NCBI GenBank assembly: GCA_964505725.1
Contig: CAZDJK010000048.1
Location: forward strand, 690-64,689
DNA: 64,000 bases
From: an uncultured Bifidobacteriaceae bacterium
GTDB taxonomy: Bacteria > Actinomycetota > Acidimicrobiia > IMCC26256 > DASPTH01
Reading direction: 5' to 3'
The translations under genes were made by a program, and so were the position numbers. Below the pieces are notes generated by a model. The model had not been told where the DNA came from. It made no database searches and was given only the letters and a program-made list of their open reading frames with translations. Position 1 is the stretch's first letter. The number at the start of each line of letters is the position of its first letter. This document shows, one piece after another, positions 1 through 10,476 of this stretch.

Positions 1-84
1 TTCGTCCTCGACGCCGAGGGTCGGGCCACCGAGGTCCGCATCGGCTCCGAGCCCGACATGGGCCTCACGAACGTCCACGTCTGA
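1..84 (+). CDS. 3' end of an unidentified CDS (partial)
   Basis: Frame 1 is open from base 1 (FVLDAEGRATEVRIGSEPDMGLTNVHV) to TGA at 82-84, with GC3-rich codons. Confidence 0.5.
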   Translation, partial: FVLDAEGRATEVRIGSEPDMGLTNVHV

Positions 85-148
85 CCGCCGAGCGCCCCCG
101 CCGGGTGGGGAACCCGCGAAACGCCGTCGGTAAACTCGTCTTTTCGCC

Positions 149-1972
149 TTGCCGATCGGAGACGAACCCGTGACCCTGGTGCAGGCCCCCACGAAGAACC
201 CGAGGCTTCTCCGGTGGGTCGACGAGATCGCCGAGCTCTGCGAGCCCGACGCCGTGCACTGGTTCGACGGCAGCGCCGAGGAGCGTGAGCGCCTGCAGGC
301 GCAGCTCGTCGACGCAGGGACCTTCGTGGCCCTCGACGCCGAGCGCCGACCGGGTTCCTTCTGGGCCCGCTCCGACCCGAGCGACGTGGCGCGCGTCGAG
401 GACCGCACGTTCATCTGCTCCGAGCGCGAGATCGACGCCGGGCCCACCAACAACTGGCGGGACCCCGCCGAGATGCGCGCCACGCTCGAGAAGCTGTTCC
501 GCGGCGCGATGCGCGGCCGGACGATGTACGTGGTGCCCTTCAGCATGGGTCCCCTCGGTTCGCACCTGTCGTACATCGGCGTCGAGATCACCGACTCCCC
601 GTACGTGGCGTTGAGCATGGGCGTGATGACGCGCGCCGGGCGCGCCGCGCTCGACGTGCTCGGCGACGACGGCGACTTCGTGCCGTGCGTGCACTCGGTG
701 GGCGCGCCGCTCGAAGCCGGCGAGACCGACGTGCCGTGGCCCTGCAATCCCGACGAGAAGTGGATCGTGCACTTCCCGGAGTCGCGTGAGATCTGGTCGT
801 ACGGCTCGGGCTACGGCGGCAACGCGCTGCTCGGGAAGAAGTGCTTCGCGCTGCGGATCGCCTCGGTCATCGCGCGCGACGAGGGCTGGCTGGCGGAGCA
901 CATGCTGGTGCTCAAGATCACGAACCCGGAAGGCCATGCCCGCTACATCGCCGCCGCGTTCCCGTCGGCGTGCGGGAAGACCAACCTCGCGATGCTGGTG
1001 CCCACCCTCCCGGGCTGGAAGGTCGAGACGATCGGCGACGACATCGCGTGGATGAAGTTCCGGGACGACGGCCGGCTCCACGCGATCAACCCAGAGTTCG
1101 GCTTCTTCGGCGTCGCGCCGGGGACCAACGAGCGCTCGAACCCGAATGCGATGCGCACCCTCGTGCGCAACACCGTGTTCACCAACACCGCGCTCACCGA
1201 CGACGCCGACGTGTGGTGGGAGGACATGACGCCCGAGCCGCCCGCCCACGCCACCGACTGGCACGGCGAGTCGTGGACTCCGGCTGCCGACCATCCTGCC
1301 GCGCACCCCAACTCGCGCTTCACGGTTCCCGCGTCGCAGTGCCCGTCGATCGCACCCGAGTGGGAGGATCCCGCAGGGGTGCCGATCTCCGCGTTCCTGT
1401 TCGGCGGTCGGCGCGCCACCACCGTGCCCCTCGTGTTCGAGTCGTACGGCTGGGACCACGGCGTGCTCGTCGCCGCCACCATGGGCTCCGAGAAGACGGC
1501 CGCCGCGTTCGGCGGGCTCGGCGAGCTGCGGCGCGACCCGTTCGCGATGCTGCCGTTCTGTGGTTACAACATGGGCGACTACTTCGCCCACTGGCTGTCG
1601 ATGACCGACCGCACCGACGAGGCGCTGCTGCCGCGCGTGTACGGCGTCAACTGGTTCCGCAAGCGCGACGACGGGTCGTTCCTCTGGCCCGGGTTCGGCG
1701 AGAACTCGCGAGTGCTCGCGTGGATCTGCCGCCGCCTCGACGGCGAGACGGGCGGCGAGTCGACGCCGATCGGGACCGTCCCGCGCGCGGAGGATCTCGA
1801 CCTCGAAGGGCTCGATCTCGACCCCGGCGACGCCGCCGCCGTCCTCGCGGTCGACGCCGACGCGTGGAGGGCGGAGCTGCCCGGGATCCGCTCGTACTTC
1901 GACGAGTTCGGCGACCGCCTGCCCGCCGCCCTGCGCGAGCAGCTCGACGCGCTCGGAGAGCGACTCGGCTGA
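149..1972 (+). CDS. pckG: Phosphoenolpyruvate carboxykinase (GTP)
   Basis: [13 protein letters not shown]-loop, GDDIAW, HPNSRF, NWFRK and WPGFGENSR motifs; -10-like TAAACT just upstream. Confidence 0.97.
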   Translation: MPIGDEPVTLVQAPTKNPRLLRWVDEIAELCEPDAVHWFDGSAEERERLQAQLVDAGTFVALDAERRPGSFWARSDPSDVARVEDRTFICSEREIDAGPTNNWRDPAEMRATLEKLFRGAMRGRTMYVVPFSMGPLGSHLSYIGVEITDSPYVALSMGVMTRAGRAALDVLGDDGDFVPCVHSVGAPLEAGETDVPWPCNPDEKWIVHFPESREIWSYGSGYGGNALLGKKCFALRIASVIARDEGWLAEHMLVLKITNPEGHARYIAAAFPSACGKTNLAMLVPTLPGWKVETIGDDIAWMKFRDDGRLHAINPEFGFFGVAPGTNERSNPNAMRTLVRNTVFTNTALTDDADVWWEDMTPEPPAHATDWHGESWTPAADHPAAHPNSRFTVPASQCPSIAPEWEDPAGVPISAFLFGGRRATTVPLVFESYGWDHGVLVAATMGSEKTAAAFGGLGELRRDPFAMLPFCGYNMGDYFAHWLSMTDRTDEALLPRVYGVNWFRKRDDGSFLWPGFGENSRVLAWICRRLDGETGGESTPIGTVPRAEDLDLEGLDLDPGDAAAVLAVDADAWRAELPGIRSYFDEFGDRLPAALREQLDALGERLG

Positions 1973-2023
1973 CCCCGCTACGATCGCCCCAGCGTCGAGC
2001 AGCCCACGCAGGGGGTCGTCCTG

Positions 2024-2260
2024 ATGAGCATCACCGCGTACGTGCTGATCCAGACCGAGGTCGGGAAATCGGTGAAGGTCGCCGACGCGGCTCGCGGGCT
2101 CGACGGCGTGGTGTCCGCAGAGTCGGTGACCGGGCCCTACGACGTGATCGTGCACGCTCAGGCGGCGTCGCTCGACGACCTGGGCAAGCTCGTGGTGTCG
2201 CAGATCCAGGCGGTCGACGGCATCACGCGCACCTTCACCTGTCCGGTCGTCAACCTGTAG
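2024..2260 (+). CDS. Lrp/AsnC ligand-binding (RAM) domain-only protein
   Basis: 78 aa with AYVLIQTEVGK, VTGPYDVI and GITRTFTCPV; no N-terminal HTH. Confidence 0.88.
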   Translation: MSITAYVLIQTEVGKSVKVADAARGLDGVVSAESVTGPYDVIVHAQAASLDDLGKLVVSQIQAVDGITRTFTCPVVNL

Positions 2261-2267
2261 CCGGCGC

Positions 2268-3392
2268 TCAGCGCTGACGGCCGGCGCGGCGCGCCCGCCG
2301 CGCGTGTCGCGCCAGCGCCATCTCGACCAGCCGGTCGAGCAGCTCGGGATAGGCCACGCCGGAGGCCTCCCACAGCCGCGGGTACATCGAGATGGGGGTG
2401 AACCCGGGGATGGTGTTCACCTCGTTCACGAGGAAGCCCCGTCCGGGGGCGCCCGACGGCCCGGTCTCCTCGAGGAAGAGGTCGACGCGCGCCATCGCCT
2501 CGCAGCGGCACGCCTCGAACGCGAGGACCGCGAGCCGGCGCGCGTCGGCGGCGTCGCCGGGCCCGAGCGGCGCCGGCACGAGCAGCTGGGCGTCGTCGCG
2601 CTCGTACTTGTCCTCGTAGGAGTAGAACTCTGCGCCGGGCAGGATCTCACCCGGCACCGACGCCTCCGGCGGGTCGTCGCCCAGGACCGCCACCTCGATC
2701 TCGCGCCCCTCGATGGCCTCCTCGACGAGGATCCACTCGTCGTAGGCGAGCGCGAGGTCCACGGCGGCGTCGATCTCCTCCTCGCGCTCGACCTTCGAGA
2801 CACCCACCGACGACCCGAGGTTCGCGGGCTTCACGAAGCAGGGGTAGCCGAGCTCGGTGTCCACCTCGGCCACGAGGTCGCCCCGGGGACGGCCGTCGCG
2901 GTGCACGAGATGACGCGGCGTGGGCAGGCCGGCGCCGGCGAACGCGCGCTTCATCATCACCTTGTCCATCGAGACCGCGGAACCGACGACGCCGGAGCCG
3001 ACGTACGGCAGGTCGGCGAGCTCGAGCAGGCCCTGGACGGTCCCGTCCTCACCGTACGGACCGTGCAGGAGCGGGAGCACCACGTCCACGTCGAGCGCGT
3101 CCGCCGCGTGCGCCGGTGGATGGGCACGCGTGGTGACCAGCTCGCCGAGCCCCGCAGCGGGCGAGCCCTCCGCGGCGAAGGCGGCGGGGAGCGAGTCGCG
3201 ACCGGCGTCGAGCGCGGCGCGCGCGGCGTCGGCGACGAGCCACTCGCCCTCGGTGGTGATCGCGACCGGGATGACCTCGTAGCGCGAGGGGTCGAGCGCG
3301 CGCGCGACCGCGACCGCGGTGACCCGCGACACGTCGTGCTCGGCGGAACGGCCGCCGAAGAGGAGCATGACCCGGAGCCTCCGCCTCGCCAT
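2268..3392 (-). CDS. ddl: D-alanine--D-alanine ligase
   Basis: LFGGRSAEHDVS, LHGPYGEDGTVQG, KPANLGSSVG and NEVNTIPGFT motifs. Start set at ATG 3392, overlapping the upstream stop. Confidence 0.96.
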   Translation of the reverse strand: MARRRLRVMLLFGGRSAEHDVSRVTAVAVARALDPSRYEVIPVAITTEGEWLVADAARAALDAGRDSLPAAFAAEGSPAAGLGELVTTRAHPPAHAADALDVDVVLPLLHGPYGEDGTVQGLLELADLPYVGSGVVGSAVSMDKVMMKRAFAGAGLPTPRHLVHRDGRPRGDLVAEVDTELGYPCFVKPANLGSSVGVSKVEREEEIDAAVDLALAYDEWILVEEAIEGREIEVAVLGDDPPEASVPGEILPGAEFYSYEDKYERDDAQLLVPAPLGPGDAADARRLAVLAFEACRCEAMARVDLFLEETGPSGAPGRGFLVNEVNTIPGFTPISMYPRLWEASGVAYPELLDRLVEMALARHARRARRAGRQR

Positions 3393-3757
3393 CACGTCAC
3401 CTGCATCACGGCGCGGATGCCCACGCCCATCAGGAACAGGCCCACCAGCCCGTAGAAGAGCTCCCGGCGGCCGCGCATCTCCCTGCGGTACTGGTACGCG
3501 ATCCCCACGGTGAGGAACGCGACGAATCCGTAGAAGAGATGGAAGTCGGGGGCTTCGTAGTCCTTGCTCGCCACCAGGATCGTGCCGACGAGCACCTGCA
3601 GCATGAGCGCGCTCTCGGCGGCGATGGTGGCGATCCACACCCAACGGCCGCGGAAGCGTCGCCAACGCCACGCCACGAGCGCGATCACGCCGGCGACCGC
3701 GTTGGCGACGATCGCGATGTAACCCCAGACCTCGTGGAAGTGGAACAACGCGCTCAC
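3392..3757 (-). CDS. Small integral membrane protein (about 4 TM)
   Basis: 121-aa hydrophobic ORF with HLFYG motif; translationally coupled to ddl. Confidence 0.75.
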   Translation of the reverse strand: MSALFHFHEVWGYIAIVANAVAGVIALVAWRWRRFRGRWVWIATIAAESALMLQVLVGTILVASKDYEAPDFHLFYGFVAFLTVGIAYQYRREMRGRRELFYGLVGLFLMGVGIRAVMQVT

Positions 3758-3769
3758 GCGAGGCGCAGG

Positions 3770-4087
3770 CTACGAACCGGGCGCGTCCTCGTGCTGGATG
3801 ACCTCGAACTGCCACAGTTCGCTGTGCGAGCTGATCGGGCCGTGCTCGCTGTGCGCGCGGTGCCCGTGCGTGAACGCCGGGCTGTTCACCCAGGCCTGGA
3901 AGTCGTCCTCGGTGCGCCAGCGCGTGTACACGAGGTACGTGCCCCCCTCGTCGGTGGGCCGCAGGAGCTCGAACGCCTCGAAGCCGGGCGACGACGACAC
4001 CTCGCCGGCACGAGCGGCGAAGCGGGCCTCGAACTCCTCGCTGCGCTCGCCGGGCACGTTGATGGCGTTGATCTTGACGACGCTCAT
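3770..4087 (-). CDS. Antibiotic biosynthesis monooxygenase family protein (MhuD/IsdG-like)
   Basis: MSVVKINAI, FEARFAARAG, PGFEAFELLRP and YTRW...F..W motifs resemble the MhuD heme oxygenase. Confidence 0.8.
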   Translation of the reverse strand: MSVVKINAINVPGERSEEFEARFAARAGEVSSSPGFEAFELLRPTDEGGTYLVYTRWRTEDDFQAWVNSPAFTHGHRAHSEHGPISSHSELWQFEVIQHEDAPGS

Positions 4088-4112
4088 GGCGGCTCCCCGG
4101 GGCACCGGTGGA

Positions 4113-4955
4113 TCAGGACTGGTCGCGCAGGAAGCGCTCGATCTCGGACGCCAGCTCGTCACCCGACGGGAGCTCCGGCTCCTCGGTGGCGCCACCCTCC
4201 TCGATCGCCTGCACCATCTCGGCGACGTCAGGGCGTTCCGCGAGGCCCTCGTCGACCCGTTGCACGTAGGCCTGCACGCGCTCGTCGAGCGGCCCGAGGT
4301 CCACCTGCAGGCGACCGAGCTCGCGCAGACGGGAGAGGAGCGCCCGGATCGCCGCCGGCGAGGGCGCGTTCGAGACGTAGTGCGGGACCTGGGCCCAGAG
4401 GGCGACCGCCTCGATCCCGGCGGTGCCGAGCATCACCTGCAGCGCGCTCGACGCGCCCACCGGGCCGCGGTAGTTGCTCTGCCAGCCCCCGATCTCGGCG
4501 ACGAGCTCCGCGCTGTTGCCCGTCGCGAGCACCTGCACCGGGCGGCGATGGGACGCGACGCTCGGGATCCCGCCGAGAGTGAACGCACGACTCACGCCGA
4601 GCTGCTGCGCGAGGCCGGTGAGCTCGCCCAGCACCGCCTTCCAGCGCAGCGACGGCTCCGGGCCGACGCAGAGCACCACGTCGCGGCCGAGCCTGCCGGC
4701 GATGAGGTCGATCGACGGCCACTCGATCTCGCGCGCCGAGCCGTCGACGAGCTGGACCGTGGGACGGGTCTGCTGCAGGTCGAGCAGGTCCGAGAGGTCG
4801 ACGTGACCGAACGTGCGCTTCGACTCGAGCTGCTCGGCGAGCACCGCGAGCGCGCCGCCGCCGGCCATGCCCGCGTCGACCCAACCGGAGAGCACGACGG
4901 CCATGACCGGTTCCCGGAGCCCGGGCATGGAGTCGATCTGGATCAGCGGTGGCAC
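4113..4955 (-). CDS. PAC2 family (proteasome assembly chaperone-like) protein
   Basis: GWVDAG, GPEPSLRW and WAQVPHYV motifs. Confidence 0.88.
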   Translation of the reverse strand: MPPLIQIDSMPGLREPVMAVVLSGWVDAGMAGGGALAVLAEQLESKRTFGHVDLSDLLDLQQTRPTVQLVDGSAREIEWPSIDLIAGRLGRDVVLCVGPEPSLRWKAVLGELTGLAQQLGVSRAFTLGGIPSVASHRRPVQVLATGNSAELVAEIGGWQSNYRGPVGASSALQVMLGTAGIEAVALWAQVPHYVSNAPSPAAIRALLSRLRELGRLQVDLGPLDERVQAYVQRVDEGLAERPDVAEMVQAIEEGGATEEPELPSGDELASEIERFLRDQS

Positions 4956-5005
4956 ATCATCACCGCGCTCGGCGTCACGGGGTCACTGTAGGTGCACCCG
5001 GGGGA

Positions 5006-5911
5006 TCAGTTCGGCGAGAACCCCCCGCCGAAGCCGGCGGTGCCACCGCCGAACCCTCCGGTGGTCCCGCCGCCGCCGAGCATCCCCCGACGCGGCCGGA
5101 ACGCGCCCTGGAAGTCGGCGCCCTGGAAGTCGGCGGGGATCACGCCGCTCGACGCGAAGCGGTACAGCGCCGTGCGGTAGATGCCGCTCAGGGCGGCAAC
5201 GACGGTGGCGCTCACGATGATCCACGCCACGCCCACCGCGCCGATGGCGACCGCGGCGACGGTGGAGCCGGTGGCCGTGCCCAGGGCGACGACGAGCACG
5301 CCCGGGATCGCGGCCAGGAACCCGACGATGCCGAGGCCGGCCTGGCCGACCACGTTCTCGCCCCATGTCTTCTTGAACAGGTCCTTCGACCGGCGCAGGG
5401 CGGTTCCCACGCCGACGTCCTCGATCACGAGGATCGGGATGGTCAGGAAGGTGATGAGGGTCCACGCGAGGCCGATGAGCGAGCCGATGATCTGGCCTAC
5501 GACGCCCTGACGCTCGAGCTGGTTGAGGATCAGGGTGACCGTCGCGGACACGATCGCCCACGGGAGCAGGCGGTGCAGACGCGCGTTCGCGACGTCGAGG
5601 GCTCCCCTCACCGTGGAGCGCCCACCGCGCAGGCGCTCGTCGGCGCCCGCGACCAGGGCGGCGAGGAAGTAGGTCTGCACGAACGCGATCGCGATGTACG
5701 CGACCGCGACGAGCACCCAGCCGACCGGCCGCATCGCGTCACCGGTGCTCTTGTTGTCGATGCCGATCGCGGCGACGAGGCCGGCGAAGACACCGAACAC
5801 CGCGAGCGACCCGAGGAACGAGAGCACGGGGAACCACGCGAGCGACTTGTCGGAGACGAGCACGGCCCACGACCGCTTGGCCATCTCCCAAGAGTTCTGC
5901 ATCCGGTTCAT
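5006..5911 (-). CDS. Membrane protein, DUF6159-like
   Basis: Multi-TM ORF with SW..L..DK.L, RS..LFKKTWGE and YRTALY motifs; Gly-rich tail. Confidence 0.75.
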   Translation of the reverse strand: MNRMQNSWEMAKRSWAVLVSDKSLAWFPVLSFLGSLAVFGVFAGLVAAIGIDNKSTGDAMRPVGWVLVAVAYIAIAFVQTYFLAALVAGADERLRGGRSTVRGALDVANARLHRLLPWAIVSATVTLILNQLERQGVVGQIIGSLIGLAWTLITFLTIPILVIEDVGVGTALRRSKDLFKKTWGENVVGQAGLGIVGFLAAIPGVLVVALGTATGSTVAAVAIGAVGVAWIIVSATVVAALSGIYRTALYRFASSGVIPADFQGADFQGAFRPRRGMLGGGGTTGGFGGGTAGFGGGFSPN

Positions 5912-5970
5912 GGCACCAGTATCGACGATGGGGAGGCGCAGTTGAAGTCGTGTGACCCTAAGGTGCGGCC

Positions 5971-7089
5971 GTGACCGGGGAACGCCGGGCCGTGCGGTTC
6001 CGCGCCCCGGGGCGGGTGAACCTCATGGGCGATCACACCGACTACAACGACGGCTTCGTCCTGCCGGTCGCCATCGACCGCGAGTGCGTGGTGGAGGCGA
6101 CCAGCACCGATGCTTCGGAGCGAATCGCCGGGCGAATCGCTCCGAAGGGCGTGCGCGTGCGCGCACACTCCGCGGAGCTCGAGGGGACCGTGGACATCCC
6201 GGCCGACGGCTCCGCCGACCCCTGCGGGGTGGAGCCGGCCTGGGGCCGGTTCGTGGCGGGGGTCGTGCGCGCGGTCACCGCCCGCGGCGGCCACCTGCCC
6301 GCGACCGAGCTCGCCGTGCGCTCGAGCGTGCCGATCGGCTCGGGGCTCTCGTCGAGCTCGGCGCTCGCGGTCGCCCTGTCCCTCACGCTCGGCGAGCTCG
6401 GAGGCGTCGATGTCGACCGGACCGAGCTCGCGCGGCTGGCGCTCGAGGCCGAGGTGTCGGCGACCGGCGTGCCCGGCGGCCTCATGGACCAGCTGTGCTC
6501 CTTGTTCGGCGCGGAGGGCTATGCGCTCCTGATCGACTGCCGGAGCCTCGCGGTAGAGCCGGTCGCGTTGCCGGCGGGCATCGCGTGGCTCGTCGTGCAC
6601 AGCGGCCTGCCCCGGACGCTCGGCACCACGGAGTACGCGGCGCGGCGCGCGGAGTGCGAAGCGGTCGCGCGGCGACTCGGGATCGCGAGCCTCCGCGACG
6701 CCGATCCCGACCAGGTGGCCGACGAGCCGCGCGCGCGACACGTCGTGAGCGAGAACGCACGCGTGCTCGCGACGGTCGACGCGCTCCGTGCCGGTGACCT
6801 CCCCGCGCTCGGCCGCCTGCTGCTCGCGAGCCACGCGAGCCTGCGCGACGACTACGGCGTGTCGACGTCCGAGCTCGATCTCCTGGTCGATCTGCTCGTC
6901 GCCGACGGTGCGGCCGGCGCGCGCCTGACCGGTGCCGGCTTCGGTGGCTGCGTGGTGGCCGCAGTCCAGCGCAACCACGCGGACGACGTCGCCGCGAAGG
7001 CCGCCCTCCGCTACCGGGAGCTCACCGGGTACGAACCGTACGCGTTCGTGCCGCGGGCGGTGCAGGGGGCGGGGCCGGTCGTCCTGTAG
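5971..7089 (+). CDS. galK: Galactokinase
   Basis: RAPGRVNLMGDHTDYNDG, PIGSGLSSS, GLMDQ and GARLTGAGFGG GHMP motifs; TAAGGT lies 6 nt before the GTG. Confidence 0.93.
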   Translation: MTGERRAVRFRAPGRVNLMGDHTDYNDGFVLPVAIDRECVVEATSTDASERIAGRIAPKGVRVRAHSAELEGTVDIPADGSADPCGVEPAWGRFVAGVVRAVTARGGHLPATELAVRSSVPIGSGLSSSSALAVALSLTLGELGGVDVDRTELARLALEAEVSATGVPGGLMDQLCSLFGAEGYALLIDCRSLAVEPVALPAGIAWLVVHSGLPRTLGTTEYAARRAECEAVARRLGIASLRDADPDQVADEPRARHVVSENARVLATVDALRAGDLPALGRLLLASHASLRDDYGVSTSELDLLVDLLVADGAAGARLTGAGFGGCVVAAVQRNHADDVAAKAALRYRELTGYEPYAFVPRAVQGAGPVVL

Positions 7090-7096
7090 CGCGCGA

Positions 7097-7798
7097 CTAC
7101 ATCCGGTCGAGGAGCTCGGCCTTCTTCTGCTCGTACTCGTCGGGCGTGATACGGCCGGCATCGCGCAGGTTCGCCAGCTGCTCGATCTGGTCGGGAATGC
7201 TGACCGCGGGCGCCGCGGCCGCGGTGGCCGGGCCCGCTCCCGGGGCCGGGGCCTGCGCCGGCGGCGGGACCGAGGCCGCGGAGGCGGTCGGGGCGCTGAA
7301 GCCTCCCTGGGGCATGTTGCGCACCTCCATCTGGCGGTAGATCTCGTGCTGTACGCCGTCGGGGTGGCGGACGAAGTCGAAATGCGTCTGGCCGTCCTTG
7401 CCGGCGGACTCGATGTCGAGGTCCCCGGCACCGATGATGCGGTCGATCAGGCGCTGGTGGAAGTTGATGTTCATGACGCGCTCGAGCGGGATCTCGACGC
7501 CGCGCTTCGAGAGCACGCCCGTGCGGTAGATCACGCGACGGCTGGTGACGACGAAGTACGTCATCGTCCACTGGAAGTACTTGATCACCAGCCAACCCGC
7601 CCACGCGAGGACGACGGCGATCATGATCCACCACAACGCCGCGGTGACACCGGAGTTGTCGACGTGGTTCGCCATCAGGATGAACACGATCGCGAGCGGG
7701 ATACCGGTGAGGATGTTGCGCGAGAAGTACCACCAGTGCGGGCGCAGATCGAGCGCGACCGTCTCTCCGTCCTGGATCAGGTTGGTCGGGTACGCCAT
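7097..7798 (-). CDS. bPH_2 (PH) domain membrane protein with C-terminal SHOCT domain
   Basis: Two TM segments; VTSRRVIYRTGVLSKRGVEIPLERV; C-terminal LANLRDAGRITPDEYEQKKAELL. Confidence 0.85.
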   Translation of the reverse strand: MAYPTNLIQDGETVALDLRPHWWYFSRNILTGIPLAIVFILMANHVDNSGVTAALWWIMIAVVLAWAGWLVIKYFQWTMTYFVVTSRRVIYRTGVLSKRGVEIPLERVMNINFHQRLIDRIIGAGDLDIESAGKDGQTHFDFVRHPDGVQHEIYRQMEVRNMPQGGFSAPTASAASVPPPAQAPAPGAGPATAAAAPAVSIPDQIEQLANLRDAGRITPDEYEQKKAELLDRM

Positions 7799-7829
7799 GC
7801 GGCGAGGATACGCGGATGCCCGAGTGGGC

Positions 7830-8262
7830 CGGTGTCTGCGCGCTCACGCCGATCGTGCGGCGACGTCGGGATCGTCCCGGGAAGTGCCCCTTGCTTTCGG
7901 GATCTCGCATCCGTACGATGCGGAGACCGGCGAACGCGAGCCTGGTGCCGGCGGCATGTCCCACCCGGGGCGGCAGCCAAAGACAGGTGCGCGGGATCCG
8001 GGACGGCGAACGAGCCGGGCGGGACCACCCCCGCCGGGAGCGGGAGCCGGAGGCCACGGTCGGTGCCCGACCCGGGGCGACCCGGGGGAGCAGCGCAGCC
8101 GGTGGCGCCGTCCTCCGGGCGGCGACGCCGAGCGGTGCTCCGAGGTGCCGGCGAGCCGAGCGATCGGCACGTGGTCGGGAAGGGCCCCGAGGAGCTCGGA
8201 GCTGCGACGCAGCGAAGACTACTCGGGGCCTTCCTGATTCCCGGCTGCCAGCGCTCACCGCG
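7830..8262 (-). ncRNA. Candidate Ms1-like structured RNA (boundaries approximate)
   Basis: ~530-nt gap between two leaderless divergent genes. Long-range complementarity 7875-7888/8166-8180, perfect stem 8183-8191/8222-8230, and motifs resembling Ms1 as recalled from memory. Confidence 0.45.
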
Positions 8263-8332
8263 CCGCCCGCGAACCGGCCTTCGACTGCGCATCCCGCATA
8301 GCCGTCGTACCCCTTCGGTATGTTTCGCCGCG

Positions 8333-10420
8333 ATGTCCGACGACCCGCTCCTGCGAGGCCTCGACCCCACCCAGCGGGAGGCGGTCACCAGCGGGGCGAA
8401 GCCGCTCGGCATCCTCGCCGGTGCCGGCTCCGGCAAGACCCGCGTGGTCACGCGGCGCATCGCCTGGCGGGCACGCGAGCGCTCGCTCGACGCGGGGCAC
8501 GTGCTCGCGGTCACCTTCACGCGCAAGGCCGCCGGCGAGCTGCGCGAGCGGCTCGCCCGTCTCGGCGTTTCGGGTCACGTCACCGCGGGGACCTTCCACG
8601 CGGTCGCGCTCGGACAGCTCCGCCAGCACGCGCGCGACACCGGCCGGGCGGCGCCCGTCGTGCTGGAGCGCAAGGCGCGGTTGCTCGTGCCGCTCCTCCC
8701 GGCTCGCGGACGGGACGCCGGGCTCGCGGCCGCCGAGGTCGCGTCGGAGATCGAGTGGGCGAAGGCACGTCTCGTCGCGCCTGGCGACTACGAGGCCGCG
8801 GTCACCCTGGCCGATCGCACCCCCCCGCGCCCGGCGGCCGAGGTCGCCTCCATCTACCGCGCCTACGAACGCGAGAAGCGCAAGCGTGGAGTGGTCGACT
8901 TCGACGACCTGATCCACCAGTGCGCGGACACGCTCGAGCGCGACCCCGCGTTCGGGGACGCGCAACGCTGGCGGTTCCGCCACCTCTTCGTCGACGAATT
9001 CCAGGACGCGAGCGCCGCCCAGTTCCGGTTGCTCCGCGCCTGGCTCGGCGACCGCGACGACCTGTGCGTCGTCGGCGACGGCGACCAGGCGGTGTACGGA
9101 TTCGCCGGCGCCGACCCCACCTATCTCACACGGTTCACGGCCGTCTTCCCCCGGGCCCGCTATCCCGACGTCGCCGTGGTGGCGCTGGGATGCAACTACC
9201 GCTCGTCGCCCCAGATCGTCGCGGCCGCGGGCGCGGTGCTCGGCGCGGGCGGACGGCACCGGCGGCCACCGCGGGCGTCGCGGCCCGACGGCCCCGAGCC
9301 GACGGTGACCGCCTATGAGTCCGACGACGCAGAGGCGCGCGGCGTCGCCACCGCGTTGCGGGCCGCGCACCAGCCGGGCACGCGATGGTCGCGCTCGGCC
9401 GTCCTGTACCGGGTCAACGCGCAGTCGGCGCTCCTCGAGGAGGCCCTGGCGCGAGCAGGGGTGCCGTTCCGCGTACGCGGAGGCCAGCGGTTCGTCGACC
9501 GCGCCGAGGTCAGGGTCGCGCTCGACACGCTCCGCGAGCTCGCGCGCGCGGCGCCGACACGGCCGTTCTCCGAGCACCTCACCGACCTCGCCGCCGAGCC
9601 CGAGGGGTCGGAGGAACGACGCGAGCACGTGGACGCGCTCGTCCGCCTGGGCCACGAGTACCTGGAAACCGAGGGCTCGGCAGGCGTACCGTCGGGCTCC
9701 GTCGACGGGTTCGTCGGCTTCCTCCATGCGACGTTGCGCGGAGAGGACGCCGACGCGTCCACCGGTGGCGACGCCGTCGAGCTCCTCACCTTCCATCGGG
9801 CCAAGGGCCTCGAGTTCGACACCGTGTTCGTCACCGGCGTCGAGCGGGGACTGGTTCCGATCTCGCACGCCCGGACCCCTGCCGCGCTCGACGAGGAGCA
9901 GCGCCTCCTGTACGTCGCGGTGAGCCGCGCCGAGCGCGCCCTCCACGTCAGCTGGGCGCGTCACCGCACCGTCGGCGCGCGGGTCGTCGGCCGGCGCCCG
10001 AGCCCGTGGCTCGCGCTGATCGAACGCGCGGTCGCGCCGCCCACGACCGAGGGGCCGGGCGACGCACGCGCTGCGATCGCCGACGCGCGCGACCGCGTCA
10101 CCCGCGCCGGCGGGCGCGCGGCGCGGGACCGCGTCGCGGTCGACGCGGCCGACGCCGGTCTGCTCGATGCGCTAGTCGAGTGGAGACGGAAGCTGTCGCG
10201 CGCCGCCAACGTCCCGGCCTACGTGATCTTCGCCAACAGCACGCTCGCCGAGATCGCCTCCGCGCGCCCGAGCAGCCACCGGGCGCTGCTCGCGGTCAAC
10301 GGTGTCGGCCCGGTCAAGGCGGAACGCTACGGCGACGACGTCCTCGGGATCGTCGCCTCGTCGCCCACGCCGCCGGCCGCCCCGAGGGCGGGATCCCGGG
10401 GCATCACGGGCGGCGGTTGA
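8333..10420 (+). CDS. uvrD2: ATP-dependent DNA helicase UvrD2 with HRDC domain
   Basis: LAGAGSGKT, VDEFQD, NYRS, TFHRAKGLEF and RLLYVAVSRA motifs; HRDC (WRRKLSRAANVPAYVIF). TATGTT lies 8 nt before ATG 8333. Confidence 0.93.
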   Translation: MSDDPLLRGLDPTQREAVTSGAKPLGILAGAGSGKTRVVTRRIAWRARERSLDAGHVLAVTFTRKAAGELRERLARLGVSGHVTAGTFHAVALGQLRQHARDTGRAAPVVLERKARLLVPLLPARGRDAGLAAAEVASEIEWAKARLVAPGDYEAAVTLADRTPPRPAAEVASIYRAYEREKRKRGVVDFDDLIHQCADTLERDPAFGDAQRWRFRHLFVDEFQDASAAQFRLLRAWLGDRDDLCVVGDGDQAVYGFAGADPTYLTRFTAVFPRARYPDVAVVALGCNYRSSPQIVAAAGAVLGAGGRHRRPPRASRPDGPEPTVTAYESDDAEARGVATALRAAHQPGTRWSRSAVLYRVNAQSALLEEALARAGVPFRVRGGQRFVDRAEVRVALDTLRELARAAPTRPFSEHLTDLAAEPEGSEERREHVDALVRLGHEYLETEGSAGVPSGSVDGFVGFLHATLRGEDADASTGGDAVELLTFHRAKGLEFDTVFVTGVERGLVPISHARTPAALDEEQRLLYVAVSRAERALHVSWARHRTVGARVVGRRPSPWLALIERAVAPPTTEGPGDARAAIADARDRVTRAGGRAARDRVAVDAADAGLLDALVEWRRKLSRAANVPAYVIFANSTLAEIASARPSSHRALLAVNGVGPVKAERYGDDVLGIVASSPTPPAAPRAGSRGITGGG

Positions 10421-10476
10421 CGGTCCCGTCGGCAGGCGGCACCATCGCGCCAGCAGCGACGGAGGAGGCTGGTGCG

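Noticed and set aside
5103-5136. Short tandem repeats within CDSs (also ~41915-41947 and 27170-27220)
   Set aside because: They encode low-complexity linkers (ADFQG x2, TSPD x2, TTT stalks); no sign of a separate element.
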